Positions 1 through 6,422 of a stretch of 27,684 bases of DNA are shown here, piece by piece. The notes beneath the pieces were generated by a model. That model did not search any database, was not told where the DNA came from, and saw only the letters and a program-made list of their open reading frames with translations. Source of the stretch: a virus; the UHGV virus genome UHGV-0027489; one strand, 5' to 3'. The position numbers and the translations under genes were made by a program. Numbering within the stretch: position 1 is the first letter of the stretch; every line of letters begins with the position of its first letter.

Positions 1-13
1 AATTCTTGAAGAT

Positions 14-45
14 AAAAAACCCTCTGTAGTAACAGAGGGTTTTGT
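14..45 (-). terminator. Intrinsic, probably bidirectional, terminator downstream of the lysis cassette
   Basis: AAAAAA-CCCTCTGT-agta-ACAGAGGG-TTTT: 8-bp GC-rich stem with an A-run on one side and a T-run on the other, located just past the Rz stop (170) on the minus strand. Confidence 0.6.
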
Positions 46-169
46 TCATTCATAGTGCAGGGTCAAATCATTCCCATTCAATTATTTACGGATACCATAA
101 CCAATTGACTGATAACAACTTTCTGCAACCTGATTTTCACCGTACCGTTTTATATACCGTCACCGGAAA

Positions 170-667
170 TCAGTGCCACGATTTTTGCTTCCTCAGTGAA
201 TCGTATTGCTGTTCGCAGGATTCTCCTGCAATCCGATACTTTTCAGCCTCAGCTGCTGTTGCGTTGTAAACTCGATTGCTTTCTTCAAGCATGTCGGCGA
301 GCACACCGATGACCTTGCTGGCTGGCGTGCCAGTGGGGAAAGATCCGGTATAGTGTTCGGCGAGTCGCTTGGTTTTGTCAAGCTCGGCGCGCAGGCTGTC
401 AGCAGCGGCATTAGCATGCTCAGCATCAACACGCGCCACATCGATACGGGATTGTGCTTCACGTTCAATTTGTGTTTTCTCCTGATCACGTTGTGACCTG
501 GCCTTATCATCAGCCTGCTTCTGATCTTCCTGTGCCTGCGCATACCCGGCGTCGTACTGACGGCTACCGTGTACATTCCAGGCAACAACTCCTGATATGA
601 CCAGAACAGCAAGCACCGCCACGATAAGCAACTGTTTCCAGTATGCTTTTACGAATGCCCAGATCAT
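170..667 (-). CDS. Rz-like i-spanin (inner-membrane spanin subunit)
   Basis: 165-aa ORF directly after the endolysin, overlapping its stop; N-terminal hydrophobic segment ([18 protein letters not shown]) followed by a charged, Q/E/K/R-rich coiled-coil-like region; contains an embedded +1-frame lipoprotein ORF. Confidence 0.6.
   Translation of the reverse strand: MIWAFVKAYWKQLLIVAVLAVLVISGVVAWNVHGSRQYDAGYAQAQEDQKQADDKARSQRDQEKTQIEREAQSRIDVARVDAEHANAAADSLRAELDKTKRLAEHYTGSFPTGTPASKVIGVLADMLEESNRVYNATAAEAEKYRIAGESCEQQYDSLRKQKSWH
193..441 (-). CDS. Rz1-like o-spanin (outer-membrane lipoprotein) embedded in Rz in another frame
   Basis: Alternative-frame ORF wholly inside Rz; short signal-like segment ending in lipobox L-T-A-C ([12 protein letters not shown]) followed by a Pro-rich mature part. 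Start is uncertain: in-frame ATGs at 441, 426, 417 and 411. Confidence 0.5.
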   Translation of the reverse strand: MWRVLMLSMLMPLLTACAPSLTKPSDSPNTIPDLSPLARQPARSSVCSPTCLKKAIEFTTQQQLRLKSIGLQENPANSNTIH

Positions 668-1293
668 ACCGCCAGCACCTTACTGGCAGTGATGTATCGC
701 GCGCGCCGGTCATCAATGCCGTTCCGGCCACCATTGATAATCAGAGTTACACGTGCAATATCGCCGGTATACTTCATGCAGCCTTTGCTGGCAAAAAACC
801 ACGCCGCGCTACGAGCCGCGTATTCGTCCTGCGCCAGCAGTTCAGGACTCTCCAGCAGGTCCACTTTCAGGCCGTTTCCGCAGTCACGATAGTTATTCAA
901 ACCGGTAATCTGGATAAGTCCGCGCCCACGGTAATTCCATCCATCGCCTGGGGCATTGTTACCCATGCGTTTGCTGTACACCAGATTGGCGATCGCTCTC
1001 TGGCGCTCAAGTGGCAATGGTGGTTCACCAGCACGACGCCCCAATGCGTTGGCCTGTCCCTGAGTGAGACGCCCAGCCCGAACGAAATTAGCCAGTCCGC
1101 TGACGCTGTAGTTGAAATTTTCCTGCAACCGGGTGAAGCCTCCAGACTCATGCCCGACCTGAGCAATAAACATTGCCAGATCTTCTGGTTTGCTGATACC
1201 AAACTCTTTCATCGCAGAAGTTATATGCGAGAACCAGCGTGCGGCCAGCGCCTCGCTAATACCAGCAGCTCGCTGGAATTGTTTAATCTCCAT
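664..1293 (-). CDS. Endolysin, glycoside hydrolase family 19 (chitinase class I-like lysozyme)
   Basis: Contains HESGGF...ENFNYS and [29 protein letters not shown] motifs that I recognise as GH19-type phage lysozyme; the 264-aa track ORF is trimmed to ATG 1293, which has a GAGG RBS and starts the conserved MEIKQF... sequence; overlaps the stop of the upstream membrane gene. Confidence 0.75.
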   Translation of the reverse strand: MEIKQFQRAAGISEALAARWFSHITSAMKEFGISKPEDLAMFIAQVGHESGGFTRLQENFNYSVSGLANFVRAGRLTQGQANALGRRAGEPPLPLERQRAIANLVYSKRMGNNAPGDGWNYRGRGLIQITGLNNYRDCGNGLKVDLLESPELLAQDEYAARSAAWFFASKGCMKYTGDIARVTLIINGGRNGIDDRRARYITASKVLAV

Positions 1294-1591
1294 GTTTAGA
1301 CCTCGATATTTTGAAAATCTGAACAACGTTACCGCGTGTTTTAATAACCGCGGCAAGCATGACAGCATTGATAATGACCTCAGATAAATCCACAGCCATT
1401 GGCGTACGTAACCAGATTGCATAGACGACACGAACAGGAATACTAGCTGCAGCAACAATCAGGAAATAAGCAAGCCAGCCTCCCAACCTTCGGTGTTGCG
1501 ATCCATTTCTCCGGAAGGTTCCGACGCGGATTGCTATCGCAGAACAGATAACCGCATTGGCTATCAATAAAAGCAGCTCATGAGTTGTCAT
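1283..1591 (-). CDS. Small membrane protein of the lysis cassette (holin or antiholin candidate)
   Basis: 102 aa, predicted transmembrane segments, immediately upstream of the endolysin and overlapping the neighbouring genes. Confidence 0.45.
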   Translation of the reverse strand: MTTHELLLLIANAVICSAIAIRVGTFRRNGSQHRRLGGWLAYFLIVAAASIPVRVVYAIWLRTPMAVDLSEVIINAVMLAAVIKTRGNVVQIFKISRSKHGD

Positions 1592-1982
1592 CGTCTTTTC
1601 TCCCCGGGATTAAATCGCGTGGATTGTCCGAACGGTGATAGAGCCAGATACCAATACGTACTGCGACGATTGCCGACACGAACGCGCCAGCAGAGAAGAC
1701 GATCCCTTTCTCGAATGAATCCTGCGTGATAGTTGGGATCAGGCTGGCTACGCCGATAAGAATTGATGCAGTTGGTTTGTAGAAGAGAAGCCCACAGAGA
1801 AAGCTGAGCATCGACAGGAGAACCCGGCGGCGTATTGGATACTCAACGGCAGAGGTAATAAATATTACCGCCCCGGATAAAGCACCAAGAGCCACCTCGG
1901 GAGGGACACCTGCGATTACCGCAGCCAGAGAACCCATACTAAGCCACTGATTTAAAGACTCACTGGTTAGCTGGGCTGACAT
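1578..1982 (-). CDS. Membrane protein of the lysis cassette (holin candidate)
   Basis: Strongly hydrophobic ORF with several predicted TM segments and a charged C-terminus (RKDDDNS); ATG at 1982 has a GGTGG RBS (the track used GTG at 1991); first gene of the lysis block. Confidence 0.45.
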   Translation of the reverse strand: MSAQLTSESLNQWLSMGSLAAVIAGVPPEVALGALSGAVIFITSAVEYPIRRRVLLSMLSFLCGLLFYKPTASILIGVASLIPTITQDSFEKGIVFSAGAFVSAIVAVRIGIWLYHRSDNPRDLIPGRKDDDNS

Positions 1983-2169
1983 AGTGACCACCGTTTACTG
2001 TGCATAAAAACCCCCTTAGTTGGTGAGTTCATCATACACAATAAACCATATATGGAGTAAATTACCTGATGTCTAGCCACAAAAAACACAAACGCGGCAT
2101 AGAACTGAGTGACTGTGGATGGTTTAGCATTTAAAATGAAATAAATTACGTATAAAACAGGATTGAGTA

Positions 2170-3318
2170 ATGAGTTTTTTCTATGATTTTAGCGTATATC
2201 AGCTTATTGCATTCTTAATTTTTATTTTTTTTGTATTTCTTATTCCTGTGAAATCAGGGATAGTAAACAATTCACAAAACAATATTTTGTGGCTTGAAGG
2301 TCTTAGGGGTGTGGCATGTATTATGGTTTTTTTCAATCATTTTGCTTACTACTTACCTACGATAGGGATAACAAACCAAAACATTCCATATAAAATAATG
2401 CCGATATATGATAATTTTGGCTCATTAGGGGTGGAGATATTTTTCGCAATTACCGGGTTCCTTTTTTTATCAAGAATAAAAAATGTAAAAAGCGCGGATG
2501 ATTTTATGATGAAGAGAATAAAACGACTAGCACCTGCGTTTTTATTTTTTGCATTGATAAACATGGCAGTGTTTATAATATTTATGTCTGATGGAGCTAG
2601 TCTTGATGATTACAGAAAAGCACTTATTCAGCTATTAGCGTTTGGGTTTCTTGGCGGTGGAATTTTCTTCAAAGACTCATGGATACACAGTATTGGCGTG
2701 GTATCATGGACTCTGCCGTATGAATGGATTTTCTATATATCAATTGTAGCTATATCTCTTTTTTATAAAAATGAAAAATATATTTCCATAACACTGTTTA
2801 TTATTGGTATTTATACTATAGAAAAGTCTAATTTAAATACAGATATGTTTTTATTTTTCATTAGTGGTGCGGTTGGTAAAGTTGTTTACGATAATTCACT
2901 AAACCATGATAAAAAATCTTGGAAGTTGATTATATCAATTACAGCAATATTAACATTGCTCACCTGCATTTATCAAAAAGATGACGGATACGGGATTTAT
3001 AGATTTATTTTAGTAACAATATTATTCTCCAGCATTTGCTACATTAAGCCTAAGTTTCTTCAATCCAGCAACATAGTATTGATTGGTATGATTAGCTATA
3101 GCATATACCTTAGCCACCAAGCTATTATATATCTATCTTTATACGTATTTAAAATAATTGGGTTTAACCTATATGAAATAGGAATCCTTTCCTACTTCAT
3201 TATGTCAATAATTACATTTATGATTACTGTGATAATATCACTAATAACCTATAAAAACATTGAGTTGAGATTCAACTCAAAAGTTAATAGTTCGCTACAA
3301 GTCTCGCATACCAAGTAG
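2170..3318 (+). CDS. Integral-membrane acyltransferase (acyltransferase-3/OafA-like), probable O-antigen acetyltransferase for seroconversion
   Basis: 382 aa, about 10 predicted TM helices; N-terminal WLEGLRGVACIMVFFNHF region typical of acyltransferase family 3; visibly AT-rich relative to flanking phage DNA; opposite strand to the late operon; adjacent to the tailspike as in phiV10-like phages (from memory). Confidence 0.75.
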   Translation: MSFFYDFSVYQLIAFLIFIFFVFLIPVKSGIVNNSQNNILWLEGLRGVACIMVFFNHFAYYLPTIGITNQNIPYKIMPIYDNFGSLGVEIFFAITGFLFLSRIKNVKSADDFMMKRIKRLAPAFLFFALINMAVFIIFMSDGASLDDYRKALIQLLAFGFLGGGIFFKDSWIHSIGVVSWTLPYEWIFYISIVAISLFYKNEKYISITLFIIGIYTIEKSNLNTDMFLFFISGAVGKVVYDNSLNHDKKSWKLIISITAILTLLTCIYQKDDGYGIYRFILVTILFSSICYIKPKFLQSSNIVLIGMISYSIYLSHQAIIYLSLYVFKIIGFNLYEIGILSYFIMSIITFMITVIISLITYKNIELRFNSKVNSSLQVSHTK

Positions 3319-5446
3319 CCCCGCCATCAGCAGTTGACATCCGGAACACCTGAGTTCCGGATTCATTTAGTGATGGTGTATTTTTCGCAAGCGTAACAGA
3401 TCCTGTAAAGGTGATCAGTTTTGATGATGCGGAAAACACTGAAAGTGTACATTCAGTATATCCTATTGGCGGGTTACTGAGTGTCGCAACGGATATACTA
3501 ATGTTAGAGTTGCATGTTATTGAAATATAAGAAGACAATGAAAAATCAGCAACATAAGTGCTTCCTGCTGTTTCTGTTTTAATAACATACGAGATAATTG
3601 GAACACCAACTCCTTTTCTGAAAAAAGTCCTGTTAGCATGCATGTCGTCTTCTATGCCAACGAAATTTTTTGTCCCCACAGCATTTGTGAACTCTTGAGC
3701 CACCCCAGAAACATGATTTATACATTTACCAACCCATGCTGGGCTGTTTGAGTTTTCACATAAAGAAAATCCACAATTCGCACTACCTACAAGAAATGGA
3801 TATAACGCCGCAGTATAACTTGAGAGACCGGCAGAATTATAAGCATTCATGTTAACGAACGTTTGACACTGAGAGAATATATTCCCGGTAGCGCCACTAT
3901 CAACGAAGAAACCAATCCCACCATTAATATAACCATCAACAGGAGCTAAATTTGTTTTTGTGTAATCCCATTTTGATGGTGAATCTGCAAAACATTGATT
4001 AAATGAGTTGTTTATAGAATTTTGTACAACAAAGCAACATTTCATTCTTGAGTTTTGGTCGGCCACTGTATCGTCATACATTCCCCAGTTATGTACGTTA
4101 TTAAGCCTGTTATTTCCACCATTCCTAACCCACGTTCCGAATCTGAAATATCTGCCTTCACCCATACTAATATGGTGATCGCTTCCTTCTATGATGTGTG
4201 CCTGACTAAGTGGATTCGTAGGTTTTAATACGCTGATAGCATAGAATTTCATGAGGTGCACACCCATGCCTCCAGCAATATGAATGCCATGACCATCAAC
4301 GTTGGCTACGTAAATGCCATCTAACTTGTTGGCATAACCATCAGATATTTTAAATCCATTAACAGTCTTTGCGCGGGCGTCAATTAAAAGATTGCTAATG
4401 TGCCCAGCGTATTGATTACCTGTTCCTTTATCGCATTTAACAGCATACCCAGAAGAATCTGCTATGAAGTCATCCGTGAGATATACCCCTCCAAATTCTG
4501 CATCTATGCTTACATCACCGTAAACATGTAATGTTGTGTTTATGGGGTATTTCTTTCCATTTAATCTGACAACTTTGCATACAGTATTTGGTTGTATCCA
4601 GTCTGGATGCCCAGCTGCACTACTTGGAGAATGTTCCAGCCCTGTTAAAGATGCTGCATAATCAATCGCCTCCTGCAATGTTGAATACATATCAGGATTG
4701 ACGAATATAACATTTTTTAGCTCACTACCAACCGTACCACCGGCGTAATCAACTGACTTATCGAACCCTGATAATCCCGCTCCAGTAGGCTTTGCCAGCT
4801 CAATTAACACATCGGTGGCGCTACCTGATGGGGGTAGTGTTGCAAATGGCTGACCAGCGCTATCAAAAGCAACAATTTTGTTTGCCCTGGAAATCGCATC
4901 AGGAAGAGATTGAATAGCTTCCGGTGTTCTTAGTGTTTTGTTGAGGTTTGTATCTGCAACGCTATCAACATAATTTTTAGTTGCCGCATCCTGCGGGCGT
5001 GAAGGATCTCGCAGGTTTCTGATGTAGTTATTAAGAGCATCATAATAGTTAGCCACGAACGAAGGCTTTCTGAGGGCCAGACTTAACCAGCTGCGTACCT
5101 GCTGAATCAGCATAGTCAGTTTATCAAAAGCATCCTCATGCACTTCTGCGAAGAACTTACCCTGATTACGGAGATCGGTTTCCTGCGTCACCGGCAACTC
5201 ACGCGAAATGGAAATTTGGTATCCGTTTGCAAGTGCCGACATCAGTATTACATTGCCACCAGAATACCCACCAGCACCCGTAACTGTATAATCAGTATCA
5301 AGAATCAGCTCTGTGATGTTCCCGTTCAGGTCAGACACCTGAACAACCAGGTCTGATTTTCTGAAAATTCGAAAAGTATACGGAAACGATGTCGTAACGC
5401 CGTTACCTGTGTATTCGTTGTGGTCAACTTCGGTTGAGACCGTCAT
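3284..5446 (-). CDS. Tailspike / receptor-binding protein
   Basis: 720-aa ORF, last structural gene before the lysis cassette; G/N/S/T-rich repetitive middle and C-terminal region consistent with a beta-helix depolymerase-type tailspike; GGAG RBS 6 nt upstream of the ATG. Confidence 0.7.
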   Translation of the reverse strand: MTVSTEVDHNEYTGNGVTTSFPYTFRIFRKSDLVVQVSDLNGNITELILDTDYTVTGAGGYSGGNVILMSALANGYQISISRELPVTQETDLRNQGKFFAEVHEDAFDKLTMLIQQVRSWLSLALRKPSFVANYYDALNNYIRNLRDPSRPQDAATKNYVDSVADTNLNKTLRTPEAIQSLPDAISRANKIVAFDSAGQPFATLPPSGSATDVLIELAKPTGAGLSGFDKSVDYAGGTVGSELKNVIFVNPDMYSTLQEAIDYAASLTGLEHSPSSAAGHPDWIQPNTVCKVVRLNGKKYPINTTLHVYGDVSIDAEFGGVYLTDDFIADSSGYAVKCDKGTGNQYAGHISNLLIDARAKTVNGFKISDGYANKLDGIYVANVDGHGIHIAGGMGVHLMKFYAISVLKPTNPLSQAHIIEGSDHHISMGEGRYFRFGTWVRNGGNNRLNNVHNWGMYDDTVADQNSRMKCCFVVQNSINNSFNQCFADSPSKWDYTKTNLAPVDGYINGGIGFFVDSGATGNIFSQCQTFVNMNAYNSAGLSSYTAALYPFLVGSANCGFSLCENSNSPAWVGKCINHVSGVAQEFTNAVGTKNFVGIEDDMHANRTFFRKGVGVPIISYVIKTETAGSTYVADFSLSSYISITCNSNISISVATLSNPPIGYTECTLSVFSASSKLITFTGSVTLAKNTPSLNESGTQVFRMSTADGGATWYARLVANY

Positions 5447-5498
5447 GTTAAATCTCCAGATAGTCGCAGCACCCGTTGCGCCGCATATCTGGTTATTC

Positions 5499-5521
5499 TA
5501 TTACCTGCAAAACCACATATG
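5499..5521. promoter_or_regulatory. Conserved 23-bp element TATTACC-N5-AACCACATATG (copy A)
   Basis: Matches 22458-22480 at 18 of 23 positions (only the 5-nt spacer differs); sits in the intergenic region between the tailspike start and the LexA-box gene. Confidence 0.45.
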
Positions 5522-5549
5522 GATAGAAAGGCTGTAAATACGAATAGAT

Positions 5550-5566
5550 ATTACCTTTCAGGTAAT
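5550..5566. promoter_or_regulatory. Operator-like palindrome ATTACCT-TTC-AGGTAAT (copy A)
   Basis: Perfect 7-bp inverted repeat with a 3-bp spacer; a 16-bp identical copy lies at 22521-22536; both sit upstream of plus-strand moron units and ~90-105 bp upstream of minus-strand gene starts. Confidence 0.5.
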
Positions 5567-5602
5567 TTGCAAAACGTGCTGGATAGCAAACAAATTATTT
5601 GC

Positions 5603-5622
5603 TACTGTATAAATATACAGTT
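5603..5622 (+). promoter_or_regulatory. LexA (SOS) box
   Basis: TACTGTATAAATATACAGTT matches the E. coli LexA consensus TACTGTATATATATACAGTA at 18 of 20 positions (CTGT-N8-ACAG with AT-rich spacer); lies 20 bp upstream of ATG 5642 and overlaps a TATAAAT -10-like hexamer. Confidence 0.65.
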
Positions 5623-5641
5623 ATTGCATGGAGAAGATAAG

Positions 5642-5899
5642 ATGCAGCAGTATCACTATCCACTGGAAGACGGATTTACCGAAAGGATTCACACGCCGGG
5701 AGGCGTCAGGTCACTGGTGGATGGATCGCACTTGATGAAATTACTCCGGGATCTCGATAAAGATGGATTTAATGTCGATGGCCCACTTGCCGAACTGACT
5801 GCACTGATTAACTACGTCACCAGCTCACAGATGTCTATGCAGGATCTGCAAACACATCTAGACTATTGTGCCGAACAATTACGAAAACAAACCACATAA
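5642..5899 (+). CDS. Small SOS-regulated protein of unknown function (85 aa); candidate antirepressor or other SOS-induced moron product
   Basis: ATG 5642 preceded by GGAGAAG RBS at 6-nt spacing; the track's upstream start at 5519 would place the operator elements and LexA box inside the ORF, so I prefer 5642; opposite strand to the structural operon; no family recognised. Confidence 0.5.
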   Translation: MQQYHYPLEDGFTERIHTPGGVRSLVDGSHLMKLLRDLDKDGFNVDGPLAELTALINYVTSSQMSMQDLQTHLDYCAEQLRKQTT

Positions 5900-5921
5900 A
5901 GAAAAGGCCGCGAAAGCGGCC
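5897..5921 (-). terminator. Rho-independent terminator for minus-strand transcripts
   Basis: On the minus strand: GGCCGC-TTTC-GCGGCC stem-loop followed by TTTTCTTTAT; directly downstream of the stop of the 98-aa membrane gene (5931) and overlapping the 3' end of the plus-strand gene. Confidence 0.6.
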
Positions 5922-5922
5922 T

Positions 5923-5934
5923 GTGACATGTCAC
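5923..5934. repeat. Perfect 12-bp palindrome GTGACATGTCAC (copy 1 of 3)
   Basis: Exact 12-mer also at 23510-23521 and 25775-25786; lies between convergent gene ends next to the terminator hairpin. Confidence 0.6.
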
Positions 5935-6227
5935 GTCCCTTTTCTGAATGATAGCCATTCGAAAAATGATGACATTCCACCGCAGACAATAGCAAAGATG
6001 ATCCCACCAAAGAAGAGAAGGCCAGCCTGCCACCACTCCCACCGCCATACATCCACAGCGCCAACCATACCAACAATCGCTCCAACAAATGGAATATAGC
6101 TCACGATGAAAGCAATGGGGGCTGCAATTATCCAGTGCAATCCCCACCATGATTCAAGCCCAGCCATAATTGCTGCCAACTGAAAAAGACCAACGACGAT
6201 ATAAACAATGAATCCTATAGCTTGCAT
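5931..6227 (-). CDS. Small polytopic membrane protein (98 aa), unknown function
   Basis: Very hydrophobic, Trp-rich sequence with 3-4 predicted TM helices; AGGTGA RBS before ATG 6227; last gene before the terminator. Confidence 0.5.
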   Translation of the reverse strand: MQAIGFIVYIVVGLFQLAAIMAGLESWWGLHWIIAAPIAFIVSYIPFVGAIVGMVGAVDVWRWEWWQAGLLFFGGIIFAIVCGGMSSFFEWLSFRKGT

Positions 6228-6239
6228 GTAGTCACCTAT

Positions 6240-6413
6240 TTACCCAGTAAAAATAAGAGGCCTCCCCTCAATAAGGCTTGCAACAAGAACTACTCCCTGC
6301 ACAACAAAGATGAACCAGCAAATAGCTTGAGTCTGAGGGTTAAGAAAATATTTGTAGCGGTCAATAAATAACAACCCAACAGAAATTATCACACTCAAAA
6401 TAATTAAAAACAC
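6240..6413 (-). CDS. Small membrane protein (57 aa, GTG start), unknown function
   Basis: Hand-translated ORF below the track's 60-aa cutoff: GGAAG RBS then GTG immediately after the stop of the 824-aa gene; two predicted TM segments. Tentative. Confidence 0.3.
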   Translation of the reverse strand: MFLIILSVIISVGLLFIDRYKYFLNPQTQAICWFIFVVQGVVLVASLIEGRPLIFTG

Positions 6414-6422
6414 AACACTTCC

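Noticed and set aside
643-1299. Plus-strand 218-aa ORF, and similar antisense ORFs at 11129-11461, 12544-13161, 15592-15981, 16282-16767, 16791-17516, 17519-17998, 19525-20106, 20657-21394 and 24169-24838.
   Set aside because: All lie fully inside longer, better-supported genes on the opposite strand and translate to low-complexity or atypical sequence; treated as shadow ORFs.
1294-1458. N-terminal 55-aa extension of the endolysin ORF (264-aa version).
   Set aside because: The extension is hydrophobic junk-like sequence overlapping the upstream membrane gene in another frame; the conserved lysozyme sequence begins at the internal ATG with an RBS.
5519-5641. Upstream extension of the SOS-regulated gene to ATG 5519 (126-aa version).
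   Set aside because: The extension would run through the shared operator block, the palindrome and the LexA box; ATG 5642 has a proper RBS and leaves the regulatory sites in the 5' region.
5921-5935. Reading TGTGACATGTCAC as a CRP site (TGTGA-N6-TCACA) or a LacI/GalR-type operator.
   Set aside because: The half-site spacing is 4 rather than 6 for CRP, and the centre is AT rather than the conserved CG of LacI-family operators.
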